Shown here in pieces: positions 1 to 11,811 of a stretch of DNA of 64,000 nt. Numbering within the stretch: position 1 is the first letter of the stretch; the number at the start of each line of letters is the position of its first letter. The notes below the pieces were generated by a model, which saw only the letters and a list, made by a program, of their open reading frames with translations, searched no databases and was not told where the DNA came from. Origin of the DNA: Monocercomonoides exilis PA203 (Eukaryota; Protista; Preaxostyla); the NCBI GenBank assembly GCA_001643675.2, contig LSRY02000004.1, positions 2,108,001 to 2,172,000 of the forward strand, in the 5' to 3' direction. The position numbers were made by a program, and so were the translations under genes.

Positions 1-4
1 AAAA

Positions 5-1354
5 ATGTATCTCAAATTGCTTCTCAAAAACAAAAACATTAATATTAAAACTTCTTCTTCTTCTTCTTCTTCATCTTCTCCTTTATCTTCTCCCTTATCC
101 TCTCATACTTCTTCTTCTTCTTCCTTTTCCTCTTCTTCTTCCTCCTCCTCCTCTTCTTCTTCTCTTCCCTTCCATCCTCCTTTCCACAGCCGAAGACAAA
201 GTTTCCCTCTCTTTTCACGCTGTCTTCTGAACGATCTCTCAAAAAGCTTTCTTTCTCATCTACTTTCAAATTATGTATTTTATAAGTCAGATTCCGAAAT
301 GGAACCTGCCAATGCTTCTTCACATCCATCTCATCCACACACAACAACACCTTCTTCTCCTTCTTCTCCTTCTTCCTCTTCCTCAATCAACCAAACTCCT
401 TTTTTCTCTTCTGTCACATCCTCTTCCTCCTCCTCATCTGCCTCTTCCTCTTCTCCTCTTTCTCCTCTTTCTCCTCCTTCACAATCTCCTTTCCTTTCCT
501 CCTCTTCTTCTGTTTCGTTTCGCTCCCGCGCCTTTTCAAGTCCTCCTCCTCCTTCCTTCTGCAAATCTATCTCTTCTTCTTCTTCTTCTTCTTCTTCTTC
601 TTCTTCTTCTTCTCTTAACACGTCAAATACTTTTCTTCATTCACCTCCTTCTCCTTCTTCTCCTTCTCATTCTCCTTTATCATTTTCTTCTTCTTCTTCT
701 TCTTCTTCTCTTCCTCCTCCTTCTCAGCCTCTCCCTCTCTCTTCCCTCGCAGTCAGTTCTAAGCCCTCAACACGCACATCTTCTTTCTCTTCTCTCAGAC
801 AAAATCCATTTGCCTCACGTGGACTGGCCCCTTCTTCTTCTTTTCCTTCTCTCCCTCATTCTGCTAAGATATCTTCTTCTTCTCCTTCTTTTCCTCCTTC
901 TTCTTCTCATCTTTCACATAGCCCACTTGCTGTTAGCAGAACAGTTCAATCAGAAAGACTTACTCATTCTTCTTCTCCATTTTCTTCTTCTCCTCTTTCT
1001 CTTTCTTCTTCTTCTTCTTCTTCTTCTTCTTCTTTTGCAACTGCAAAATCCAATTCTTCATCTCCCAATTCATTCTCTTCTTATTCCCATCCCTTTTATT
1101 CCTCTTCTCTCTTCCTCTCTTTCCGCCCCCTTTCAAAAGATATGCCAACACCCAATTTTCACTCATTTTACAACAGAAATGACTCCAACAGCACCTCCGC
1201 CTTTGAAGAGGCGCTTGAGAATTATGTTTATGAGGGCATAAAAAGACAAGTGAATATGCCTCTTAAAAATAGCAGCAGAACATTGCTTGAAAGAGAAGCA
1301 GTGCCTGCTCGCCCTGTTTCTGTACCTCCATGGAATATTTCTTCCTTGTGTTAA
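5..1354 (+). CDS. Ser/Pro-rich low-complexity protein, probably the 3' part of a gene entering from outside the window
   Basis: 449-aa ORF of TCT-encoded poly-Ser with a more complex C-terminal ~70 aa. The true start is uncertain and no domain was recognised. Confidence 0.5.
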   Translation: MYLKLLLKNKNINIKTSSSSSSSSSPLSSPLSSHTSSSSSFSSSSSSSSSSSSLPFHPPFHSRRQSFPLFSRCLLNDLSKSFLSHLLSNYVFYKSDSEMEPANASSHPSHPHTTTPSSPSSPSSSSSINQTPFFSSVTSSSSSSSASSSSPLSPLSPPSQSPFLSSSSSVSFRSRAFSSPPPPSFCKSISSSSSSSSSSSSSSLNTSNTFLHSPPSPSSPSHSPLSFSSSSSSSSLPPPSQPLPLSSLAVSSKPSTRTSSFSSLRQNPFASRGLAPSSSFPSLPHSAKISSSSPSFPPSSSHLSHSPLAVSRTVQSERLTHSSSPFSSSPLSLSSSSSSSSSSFATAKSNSSSPNSFSSYSHPFYSSSLFLSFRPLSKDMPTPNFHSFYNRNDSNSTSAFEEALENYVYEGIKRQVNMPLKNSSRTLLEREAVPARPVSVPPWNISSLC

Positions 1355-1880
1355 TATTTTTATAAAGAGTTGATCTTTTTTATAATTATTAGTTTATAAA
1401 ATTGTTAAGTTTATTTTTATATTATATTTCTGTTATATGGGCTACTTGTTATATTTTTGAGCAATTATTGTTAATAAGATTTGTTTGTATTTTCCTAAAA
1501 TTGTGAGATCTGCATGCAAATTTCCTTTTTTTTCGATAAGTCCTAAAATGTAAATCATATTAAAAAGCATATGCTTTTGAATAATTGTTTTGCGTTATTT
1601 TTTTCCCATGACAATAATTAAGCAAATACCAAAAATTGCAAAAATGATTTTATATTGGATTCCTTATTCTCACAATTTAAAGTTAAAATCAAAGTGACAC
1701 AATTCCTTGGATAGTCTTTTGTTTGGATAATAACGAAAATTTGAACCTTTTTGAGTTCTTCAAAGAAGTTCAATTAAGTTTTTCGAATAAATGTCAATTC
1801 AACAATTATGGAGAAATTACTGTCTTTTTTCAAAATTTCAAAAAAAGGGAATTATCGTAGATTTTTGGAAAAAGTAAAAA

Positions 1881-4079
1881 ATGAGTTCAGAGGGGCAAAT
1901 TGCAGTCGAGGAGATTATGGACGAATCTGCACACCAAAGTCTTGTTGTAAAAGCGGTTTATGATGAAGAAGAAGGTTTGGTTACTGCGAATTTGAGAAGA
2001 AAATTAAATTCATTAATATTCTTTCCATGTACTTTTTTTCTAAACAATACATCCAGTTGTGGATGACAAACCAAGAAGCATTTTGAAGGATATTCTTAAG
2101 CAGGTCACATTTGGAATGGATTTGACAAGAGTTACATGTATGCTTTTTTTTCCTTTATTGATTTACAAAGATGTTTTTCAGTGCCTGCATTTATATGTGA
2201 ACCGAAATCATTTATAGAAGGAACTGGGAATATGTTTTCTCATTTGGAAATATTCAGATATGCAATTTCTAGGGATGATCCAGTTGAAAGAATTGCCCAT
2301 ATGGCTCGATTTTATCTTTCTGGTTTCCATATACGAACTAGAAAAGTCAGAAAGCCATACAATTCGATTCTTGGAGAAGCCTTTCGTTGCTTTTGGGATC
2401 ATCCTGATGGCGCAAGAACATGGTACTTAGCAGAACAAGTCCAACATCATCCTCCAGTTTCAGCTTTTTATTTCGAGAATCTTGAAGCAGGATTTGTCGT
2501 CGATGGACACATACAAGCAAAATCCAAATTTATGGGGAATTCTGTTGGAACATATATGAATGGGACAATCTTTCTTCACATATTGTGCAGAGATGAGGTG
2601 TACACTTTGCATTACCCTGGATTTATTGCGCACGGAATAATTTTTGGAAAGATGAGAATGGAAACTGTGGGAGAAATTAGCATGCGCTGTGAGAAAACAG
2701 GACTCGAGGCACTGATCAACTTTAAGGCTAAGCCCACTTTTGGAGGTCAGTACAATCAGTATGAAATGGTTGTGAGAAGACTGAAAGGGAAGGAGGACGT
2801 TCCATTGGTCTCAACACCAATTTTGGAGAAATATCGGAGCGACAAATATTTAATTCCCACTTACGACGACAATTCTGGTGCATCATCATCTTCGACTCCA
2901 TCTTCTGCTTCATCATCATCATCATCATCATCCTCATCTTCTTCTTCTGATTCTTCAAAAAAAGAAGACAATTCCAACAGCGAAGAATCGCACAAAGACG
3001 AGAAAGATCCAAAATCTGAAGACGAAAAGGAGAAAAAGAGTGAATCGTCTAAAAAGAAAGAGCAGCCGCTGCTGACTGTCAAAGGAGACTGGGCTGGCCG
3101 TTCATACGTCACAGACAATCGATCTCCTGCCACTTGGACACTTTCACCTGAATATGTTGAGTTGGTTGAGAAGTCAGAGAGAATAAAGAAAGAACAGAGA
3201 GAGAAGGAGAAAGAAAAGGAAAAGGAAAAAGAGAAAGAGAAAGAGAAGAAAGAGAAGGAAAAAGATGAGAAAAAATCTTCTTCTTCTTCCTCATCTGCCT
3301 CATCAGCAACACCCGATGCACCAGAGTTTGAGCCACTTCCCGATCTTCCCCCGAACACTTTCCTCTTCTTCGATGCTTCCGCCACTCCGTTTCTACCCAA
3401 GCGCTCGATGGCTCTTCCTCACCAGCAGCCGTATGAGTCACGTGTTGTCTGGGGCAAACTGACAGCTGCTCTTCAGAAACTGGACTATGACAAGGCGAAG
3501 GATGAGAAGCTGGATGTGGAGAATGCTGGCAGGCAGAGGGCGAAGCTGAGGCTGCAGGCAAGGATGGGGTGGAGGCAGCGCTTCTTCCACTTCGACCCGA
3601 CGCCGAGGACAGAAGAGGAGGGGGAATTCTTCCCAAAGGGCAGGTGGAAGTTCAACTTTGCAGTGAGTGAGCTGTCGAAGGAGGAAGAGAAGGATCCTGA
3701 GAGAAGGAAGATATCGTGTTTCAATGCACCTGACATGAACTTGCTGTTTGAGAAAGCGCCGCCGCTGACTGAAGAAATGGCGAAGAAGGACGAAGACACG
3801 TGCACAACAGAGTATTACAACCAGGAGCAGTGCTTGCAGAAGTTCTGGGAGAGAAGAGAAAAAGAGAGAAAGAGGAGAGAAAAAGAAGAAAGCATGAAGG
3901 ATGCTGCAAAGTCGAGCTCATCTGCATCTGCTGCACCGCAGGCAAACGAAGATGAAGATGCCAGTGAAGGATGGAAAAACATAGATCCAGAGCTGATTCT
4001 TGGCCCGATGTGGCCAACTGGAAAGCCTTTCTATAAAATCGAAAGGGAGAAAAAGGAAAAGGAAGAAGAGAAAAAATAA
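1881..4079 (+). CDS. Oxysterol-binding protein (ORD-only, short Osh/ORP type), 3 exons
   Basis: OSBP signature EQVQHHPPVSAF and KPYNSILGE. Removing GT-AG introns 1975-2056 and 2138-2181 gives the continuous lid motif GMDLTRVTLPAFICEPKSF. Confidence 0.93.
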
Positions 4080-4449
4080 AAGCAGAACAATTAATGACAG
4101 ATGAAAATTAAGCACATCGTTGAAAGAAAGATTAAGTTTATGATATATTTATAATATTAAAATTTTCATTTTGTTTAATTCGGTTATTTAACAGTTGATG
4201 ATTGAAGGAAATAATCACGTTTCTTTGTTTCCAAAACTGTTGAATGATAAATATGTTCAAAGAAGTTAAATAAAATTTATTGCAAACTATTGGTGGAGTT
4301 TTAAAACTTAAATGCAGTTAATATTTATGCAAAAAATTTTTATTTGCTTCAATAAAGAAAAAAAGACAAAAACAATTTCCCATAATATTATGATTAAAAT
4401 TTTTGTGAAGAATCTTGGCTTTCATCAAAGTAGAATTAAACAATAAAAA

Positions 4450-6342
4450 ATGAATAAACGTTCAACCATCGATTTAAATTTGAGTTTGAAATAAATATAT
4501 CATTGATATTGATTTTTCTGTTAATATTGATGTTCAGATAGCTTTCCAGACGAACTTTTGGCATTGTTTGCAACAAATCATTGAATTATTTATTTTTCAT
4601 AAGATCGTGGTCTCTTCATTTATGCCATTTTTGTTGGAATAGAATTTTTTCGAAATGCGACTGTTCAACAATCGTTGCGTTGTCGCAAGTAAATTCTCGG
4701 TTTAATCGCCTTTCAAAACTTCCAAGGTTTGAAGATTTTAATTAATTGCGGAAATAACGAACATTCAGTTGAATTTCGTGCGCAATAACGATAGGTGTGT
4801 GGAAATAAAATGCAGGTCGATTGTGCCATTCATTCAAAAAATCAATTTTATCCCAAAATGCGCATTTTTTGATATTTCTTTGTTTAATCCTCAATCGGAA
4901 GAAGATTGGCAAGAAAGTTACAAATTCGGAGTGAGTCCAAAGGGTTGGAGCAATACACAACAGTTTGCATAAAAAATAATATTAAATAAAAATTATAAAA
5001 AAATTTTTTTTTCAATAATTTTTCTTGTGATTTTTGCAATTCTTTGGTTGCTGCAAATATATGCTTTCAGGATTTACAAAAAGCTATCTCAAAAAAGATA
5101 TTGTTCTCAATTAACGTTGAAAAGCATAATTACAAAGAAACTCAGTTCTTCTTCAGGAAGAATTAAAGCAGTTTTTTTATTATTAGGGTTCATTTCATTT
5201 GCATTGGGGCTTATATGTTTCTCAAGAAATTGTGAAATTGCTTATAAATTGATACAAAATGACGATTCGTCGAAAAAATCATTCACCGACACATTGACAT
5301 TTTGTGCTTTGTTGATTTACGCTTATTTGCTGATTGGATGTGTTATCTCTTATTCAAAACAAGAGATGGTCTATATCATCGCATTAACAGTATTATATGC
5401 TCTGGCAGTGCTGTTAGTGTTATATTTCGATTTCTTTTGGAAAAAACGTTCTTTCTTGTTGTTTTCTTGGCCTTTCTTTGCATATTCGATATTTGTGTAC
5501 TTAATCGAAAATGTTTTTCCAATTCCACATAGCCTTCCGCTCTACACTGTCATTCAACAACTTTTGAACTTTTTCCCAATTTTATTGATATTGCTGTCTT
5601 TGACGCTAATCGTTATGAAAGCAAATGGTTTGATTCATATGCTCGAATTGTTTTGATTAACATTCAAAAATTGTTGTTTTATTTCTTAACTTACAATCAA
5701 TCAGCTCACTTTTATGATAATGCAGCTTTTATCAATGATGTTAAATGGATGCACATATTTTTCCCGATGGACATACACTTTGTAATGAGTCTTGTTTCAT
5801 CGTTCGTTAAAAGCAAAAAGTCTGCCAACTTCAACAACAGAACCACGAAAAAAGATTTATTTTTGGTTTTTGCGAAAGATGCAATATTTCATATTCCATT
5901 GGCTGTTTTTCTGGTTCTGCTTCCTCTCAAGCTCGATGGTGCATTCAATCATCACTTTGGCTTTGTTTTGATTTTTTTTGACATCTTAGTTTTGTATTTT
6001 GTGTCAATGGTTTACAAAGATTACTTGGATAGTTGGCAACTTGAAGCCTTGCCAGAAGAATTGAAAAAGGAGAAGTGCTATGCAGTGGAAGGGTTTTTGT
6101 GGTTGAGGGAGCAATTTGGCCTTCCAAAGTATTCGAATGGCGAGAGGCTTTTTGGATTTAATGAAAGCGAAGAATACATTTCAATAGATGAACTTTGTGT
6201 TGGAGGGTTGAAATTAAAAGTTTCTAACAATTGGCTGGCTAGAAAGCCAAGGGAATTAGAATTGAAGCTTCAAAGAAAATATTACGAGACTGTTGATAGC
6301 GTAAAGTGTTCACATGAAAAAATGAGAAGAAAAGAAAACTAA
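4450..6342 (+). CDS. F-box domain + multi-pass TMEM185/TMEM60-like membrane protein, 6 exons
   Basis: Introns 4484-4537, 4566-4642, 4727-4794, 4963-5070 and 5628-5704 (all GTTTG...AG) join the ORF fragments in frame. The N-terminus reads SFPDELLALIFSKCDCSTIVALSQVNSRFNRLSKLP (F-box). The TM part has MKAN...KWMHIFFPM and LLPLKLDGAFNHHFGFVLIFF motifs. Confidence 0.75.
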
Positions 6343-7044
6343 AATTTCTTTGTTGAATCCTTTCAATCATAAATGTTTTCTTGAGGTTATTGAAACTTTA
6401 GTATTATTAATGTTATCAATTTTCATTAAAACTTACAAAAAAATGAGATTAATTTTTTATAAGTTTAGTCTTGGGCTTAAATTAGTTTTCGTCTTGATTT
6501 TGGATTAGCTTTTATCTTGATTTGAGAGAGTAATTCCTGTTTTATATTGATTTTGTGCAATATGTATTACAAAACGATAATTATGTTAATTGCAAGGTCT
6601 TTTCGTATATGTCATATTTTTCAAACAAATTTAATACCAAATGCTTGTTTCTATATTTTATTTCTCGTGTCTTCAACTGATATCGAAAACTCGAAGATAA
6701 GATTAAATCTGCACGAAATAAAGATTAAATACAAACTAATTTGAACCTTGCCAAATGAATTGTGCTGAAAACAGACTTGTCTGATGTTTGAATGGAGAAT
6801 TTTTTTCATTTTATCTTTTTTTGCTTTATTTGTAATAAATAGAAAGGAAAAAAATTTTCGTAAATCGATAAAAAAATTTCCAAAATTACCATAATCATTT
6901 CAAATATATATTAATTTGTGAAAATTCTAATATTCAGATATTAATTTTACAATATTTTTGTTTCGAGCAGTTTTTTATTGTATATTTATACCAACGTTGA
7001 ATATAAAAAGGTGATTCCTCTTTCTTCCTGCTTTTCAACTTTTT

Positions 7045-10000
7045 ATGACAACTGCTCATTCTTCACAATCACTTGCAACAGACTCTTTAAATGACATTGA
7101 TGTGAACGCTTCGATATCTATAAGCTCAACTTCTCCTCATTTTTATCCGTATTTTCCATCTGCGCTTCCTGAAGATTCTGAAATTGAATCTGGGTTTCTG
7201 TTACCTCCTTCTGCAGCACTAACTCAACGATTACAAATTGAATCTGATATCTCAAAAGAAAACTTCATAGATTCTCGATCTCCTTCACCTCCTCCTTCGC
7301 CTTTCGCAACAGAAAACAACGCAAACTTGGTTTCGAAATATTTGCATCAAACAGATGGCAACAAGAATTGCTCAATTATTCACAAATCAAATTGCATGTC
7401 ATGTAGCTTGAGCAAAAGTTCTGCGAAATATGGATCTTCAATTGATTCAGAATCAAGTGAAAGCTCAACAGCATCCTCATCATCATCTTCTGAAACATCG
7501 TCTTTTTCCGACATTAGCTCACAAAATAAAAATTTTCAATGTTGTTCAACAGAGCACAGCAGTAGCGCAGAAGATTTTGATGATATAACAGATTCAGATA
7601 CATTTGATGAGGAGCTAACTGGCAAGGATTTCAAAGGATTGTCACCTCTGTCAGTTGAAGAAATTGAATCGTCAAGCACCTTCTGTTCAAAGTCCCATGG
7701 GCATAAAGAATTTCAACTAGCTGCAAATACAAACTCGTCGTTACTTATCCATCAAGAATCCTCTCGTTCTGTTTCAATCGCCATCAACAGCCCCCATCGA
7801 TTATCGCTCAGCCAGTCAGCGGATGAACCTGCTTTTTCTTTGCCACCAGCAATTGCAAGTCATGTCAACAGCAGCCAATTCAGCTCGTTTGACGATATTC
7901 ACCAAAACAATTCATCAATGCAAAAAGACAGCTTCTCACATGATATTTCTCAGAACCAATTTAAACAAGAGAAACACTCAGCGATAGTTTCAAAGGAAAA
8001 CTCTTCCTCTTTTTTAGACTCTCCTTTTGTTCAACATAGCCCACCGTCAAAATCATCATCATCTGCACATTTTGCACATACTCCTTCTGAAACAGGCACT
8101 CTTGCTGTTGGTGCCTCTTGCTCTGTATATTCACCAATTCAGTTGGTTGTCGGAAACAATGCATCTGATGGAATTCAACAAACACACCAAATGAATGAAC
8201 AAGATGTTATAAATGCAAAGATGGCTTCTTCAGAAGCAGATGTAAATACAAATGCTGCATTCATTCAAAATGCTAACAACTTGGCAAGCGAGTCAACATC
8301 TGCATTTTTGCCAAATTCTGAATTGAATGAGACATCAAACAATTCTCAACCCCGTTCTTGTACATCAACAAAAAATGAATTAACAGAAATGCCATCGTCA
8401 TCTCCTCCTTTTCCCACTCAATCATCTCCATTATCTGCATCATCATCATCATCATCAGTTGCCATAACGTATTCTCCTGCTCTTCTATCACAAATGTCTT
8501 TTTCTCCCTTTGCACCATTCGCTGCATCGTTGTATCTGCCAATACAAACATCCACTGCATCTTCTGCAAAGACTCCGATTTCTTCTTTTTCCTCCTTTTC
8601 GCCATTTGCTGTGCCTTATGCCAACTCTCCCTTGTTCACCTCTTCATCCGCCTCTTCTCTTCTTCCCAGCACTCCACAAAACAATACAGCTGCTTCTTCA
8701 TCTGTCCCTCCTCAAACAACTTCTCTACAATCAACACCTCATTTTTCTCTACCTCCTTCCTCCTTGTCTTCCTCTGCAATGCATACTCCCCCAATTGCTT
8801 CGCTAAATGCCTCTCCATTGCACATTCACCCTCAGCCTTTTTCTTTTCAGTCGCCTTCTTTTCCTCAGCAGCCATCTTTTGTTCAGACAGAGAACGGTTT
8901 TTCTATTGGTGTTTCTTCTGAGACTGCCAAGCTGATTTCTTCTTCTCCAAACATTCTTCACACAGACACTGCAGACAACACACAAAAGGCATTTTTCACT
9001 CGAGTTGGATATCTCAACCAGCCTCCCAATGATAATAACATTCAAATGGTTGCTAACTCTTCTGAACATAATTCAACTGCTTTATCATTGACTGGCAATA
9101 TTTGTTTGGAACCAAATACTTCTGCAATTCAAAACATAACTTCTTCAGCAATGCCATCTTCTTTGCCATCATCATTGTCATCATCTTCTTCTTCAATATC
9201 CAATTCCTCTGAACAAAATCTCTCATCATCAGATTCAGCAGTCCAATCCTCCCCCACAGCCACATTCATCCCATCTCCTTCCATTCACTCTGCTCATCTT
9301 CCGTTCGACCTCTCTTCCCTTCCCTCTCTCCCCTCTCTCAACTCCATCAACTCTCTTAACCCCCTCAACTGCCCTGTATCTCCTCCTTATTCTCTTCCTC
9401 CTCTCCTTCTCTCTCCTCAGCTGTCTTTTGCCCAGCAGCTGGAGATGCAGCAGATGCAGCAGGCGATGATGAGCATCGTGGCATTGCTGATGAAAGAGTC
9501 CGAAAAGCCAGTCAATTTGCAGAATCAGACGGAAATACAGAAGCTCCAACAGCAGCTGATGCAACTTCTGCTGCTGCAACAGAAACATCACTTGGCTGAT
9601 TGTCTGCCTTCGCCTCTCCAACGAAGCATTCCTGTCTTGCTTTCTGCGCCTGGACAGTTTTTGACACAAAGTGTGAATGGATTGCCTTCATCATCATCAT
9701 CATCTTCTTCTTCTTCTTCCTCCACCTCTTCAACTTCTTCTTCTTCTTCTTCTTCTTCTTCTATTTCTCCATCTCTCTCACACACTGCCCCTTCTCCACA
9801 AGCAGAACAGCTGTCTTTCATTCAACAGCCTCTTGTCATCCAAACTGCCTCTTCTTCCATTCCATCTGACTCATCTTTCAATCCTTCCAATTCACCCACT
9901 GTCATATCTATCCTTCCTCCCTCTCTCTCTTCTGTGCCTTTGCCTCAAATAAACCAACCATCATCCTCACAACTTCCTCCTTCTCCTTTCTCACAGACAA

Positions 10001-11811
10001 TGCCAAATGCACAAACTCAGCTTCCTCCGTCTTCTCTTGTGACAGAAGATGTCTTTGCAACTAATGTCATTTCTTCTTCTTCTCCTTCTTCTGCTTCTTC
10101 TTCTGCAAATCAAATTTTTGCTTCATCAACTTCTTCAGCAACCTCATTCATTGCACAACCTTTCCTATCTCAAACAAACGCATCTGTCGATTCTACTCCT
10201 GCAACATCACTCTCTTCTACTTCTTCCTCATCTTCATCTTTGCTTTCTTCCTCTTTTCCTTCTTCTTCTTCTTCTTCTTCTTCTTCTTCTTCTTCTTCTT
10301 CTTCTTCTTCTTCTTCTTCTTCTTCTTCTTCTTCTTCTTCTTCTTCCTCATTCCCAATCCCCCATTCCTTCAGCGCCATCCCCTGCACCATCGATCATAC
10401 CGAGAAGCCACCTCTGTCTCTTCCTCCCTCATCCATCGGAGTGCCTCAGCCTCCGCCTGTCATCAAATGCTCTGAAAACTTGTCTGTTTCTGATTTGCCG
10501 CTGCTTCCCTCGTTTCCGCTGGACAGATGCTACCACTGCGGACAGCGCGGGCACCAGTTTGCGAACTGCCCGCTGCTTCGGAGGAAGATGAAGGAGAGGA
10601 ATGAAGAAGGAGAAGGAGAGGAAGAAGAAGGAAATGGAGAGGGAGAGGGAGAGGGAAAAAGAGAAGGAGAAGAGAATGAAGAGATAACAGGATCAGTGAA
10701 ATCATCAAAATCTTCTTCAACTTCTTCTTCACATGATACAAAACAATCACCTTATCCAGCATCTCGTTCATCTTCTGTCTCTTCTTCTGCCTCTTCTTCT
10801 CGTCTTGTCCGCAAAGAAGCCTGTTTCCGATGTGGCAGAATTGGGCATACGTCAAAGGAATGCACCTACGAAGACACCAGAGTCTGCTTCGTCTGCGGCA
10901 AAATTGGACATATTTCGAGAGAATGTCCTGAAAGACAGCTTCAACTTCAACAGCAGCAGCAGATGAAGATGAAGATGAAGATGGCTTTGTCCAATGGAAT
11001 TTCTGATTCTTCTGTGAATTCTTCTTCTTCTTCTTTTGTGAATATGCCTTTTGGAAGTGGATTCTCCTCATTTGCTTCATCTGAATGTGCAATTAGCCTG
11101 CCAGCTGTACAGCAGCAGCAACAACAACAATATCAACAAATGGCTCCTTCTTTCAACTTGAGCCATCCAGACAATGCAATCACAGCATCTTCAGTCACTG
11201 AATTTCCTTATTCTGATTCTGAAGTGCATTCTTCTTCCTTTTCTTCTTCTTCTTTTCCACATTTTCCTTCATCCAATATAAGTTCTTTAAACTCTTCATT
11301 TACGTCTCAAATATCTTATCCAGTCAGCATTCAACAACAACAGCAGCAGCAGCAGCAGATTCCACAGCCATATTCATCTTTCCCTGTGCCAATGTCAATG
11401 CCAAGTTATTTGAACTCTTCATTTTATGAAAACAACCAAATGTTGCCTGATCAGATGAAGAATGTTACTTTTGCATCAGTTCATCCTTTCCCTTCTCAGC
11501 TGCCTTCAGTCAGATATCTCAACAGCACCTTTCATGGAGATATTGACAAGACACAACGGATGTTGGAGAAGAAGAAGAAGAAGAACAGAATGAAGAGGCT
11601 GAAGAAGAAGATGAAGGAGAGAGAGATGAGACAGAAAAGGCTGGCAGACAATGAAGCAAAGGAGAAAGAGACAGAAAATGATGAATTTAAGAATAAGGAG
11701 GAGAAGGAAGAGGAGGAGAATGAAGAAGAAATCGATGAGGAGGAAGAAGAAGAAGATGATGATGATGAAGGAAGCAGAGTTATAAGTCAAGCACATCTTA
11801 ACAAAGTTTAG
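7045..11811 (+). CDS. Large low-complexity protein with three CCHC zinc knuckles
   Basis: CYHCGQRGHQFANC, CFRCGRIGHTSKEC and CFVCGKIGHISREC (CX2CX4HX4C). Poly-S/Q tracts and a basic then acidic C-terminal tail. Confidence 0.85.
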   Translation: MTTAHSSQSLATDSLNDIDVNASISISSTSPHFYPYFPSALPEDSEIESGFLLPPSAALTQRLQIESDISKENFIDSRSPSPPPSPFATENNANLVSKYLHQTDGNKNCSIIHKSNCMSCSLSKSSAKYGSSIDSESSESSTASSSSSSETSSFSDISSQNKNFQCCSTEHSSSAEDFDDITDSDTFDEELTGKDFKGLSPLSVEEIESSSTFCSKSHGHKEFQLAANTNSSLLIHQESSRSVSIAINSPHRLSLSQSADEPAFSLPPAIASHVNSSQFSSFDDIHQNNSSMQKDSFSHDISQNQFKQEKHSAIVSKENSSSFLDSPFVQHSPPSKSSSSAHFAHTPSETGTLAVGASCSVYSPIQLVVGNNASDGIQQTHQMNEQDVINAKMASSEADVNTNAAFIQNANNLASESTSAFLPNSELNETSNNSQPRSCTSTKNELTEMPSSSPPFPTQSSPLSASSSSSSVAITYSPALLSQMSFSPFAPFAASLYLPIQTSTASSAKTPISSFSSFSPFAVPYANSPLFTSSSASSLLPSTPQNNTAASSSVPPQTTSLQSTPHFSLPPSSLSSSAMHTPPIASLNASPLHIHPQPFSFQSPSFPQQPSFVQTENGFSIGVSSETAKLISSSPNILHTDTADNTQKAFFTRVGYLNQPPNDNNIQMVANSSEHNSTALSLTGNICLEPNTSAIQNITSSAMPSSLPSSLSSSSSSISNSSEQNLSSSDSAVQSSPTATFIPSPSIHSAHLPFDLSSLPSLPSLNSINSLNPLNCPVSPPYSLPPLLLSPQLSFAQQLEMQQMQQAMMSIVALLMKESEKPVNLQNQTEIQKLQQQLMQLLLLQQKHHLADCLPSPLQRSIPVLLSAPGQFLTQSVNGLPSSSSSSSSSSSSTSSTSSSSSSSSSISPSLSHTAPSPQAEQLSFIQQPLVIQTASSSIPSDSSFNPSNSPTVISILPPSLSSVPLPQINQPSSSQLPPSPFSQTMPNAQTQLPPSSLVTEDVFATNVISSSSPSSASSSANQIFASSTSSATSFIAQPFLSQTNASVDSTPATSLSSTSSSSSSLLSSSFPSSSSSSSSSSSSSSSSSSSSSSSSSSSSSSFPIPHSFSAIPCTIDHTEKPPLSLPPSSIGVPQPPPVIKCSENLSVSDLPLLPSFPLDRCYHCGQRGHQFANCPLLRRKMKERNEEGEGEEEEGNGEGEGEGKREGEENEEITGSVKSSKSSSTSSSHDTKQSPYPASRSSSVSSSASSSRLVRKEACFRCGRIGHTSKECTYEDTRVCFVCGKIGHISRECPERQLQLQQQQQMKMKMKMALSNGISDSSVNSSSSSFVNMPFGSGFSSFASSECAISLPAVQQQQQQQYQQMAPSFNLSHPDNAITASSVTEFPYSDSEVHSSSFSSSSFPHFPSSNISSLNSSFTSQISYPVSIQQQQQQQQQIPQPYSSFPVPMSMPSYLNSSFYENNQMLPDQMKNVTFASVHPFPSQLPSVRYLNSTFHGDIDKTQRMLEKKKKKNRMKRLKKKMKEREMRQKRLADNEAKEKETENDEFKNKEEKEEEENEEEIDEEEEEEDDDDEGSRVISQAHLNKV
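10261..10344 (+). repeat. (TCT)28 coding microsatellite (poly-Ser)
   Basis: Uninterrupted TCT run inside the zinc-knuckle ORF. Confidence 0.95.

Noticed and set aside
45-1241. Poly-Glu, poly-Lys and poly-Leu ORFs overlapping Ser-rich genes, here and throughout the window
   Set aside because: These are shadow frames of (TCT)n tracts, which lack stops in the other frames, so they are not independent genes.
4529-4972. Alternative genetic code (TAA/TAG read as Gln, as in some oxymonads) to explain interrupted ORFs
   Set aside because: The interruptions are resolved by GT-AG introns, and intact genes end in TAA or TAG.
5653-5656. Overlapping stop/start resembling a programmed frameshift or operon coupling
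   Set aside because: It falls inside the inferred intron 5628-5704.
7045-11811. Retrotransposon gag, suggested by the CCHC knuckles
   Set aside because: No protease, RT or integrase downstream, no LTRs, and the ORF has host-like low-complexity composition.
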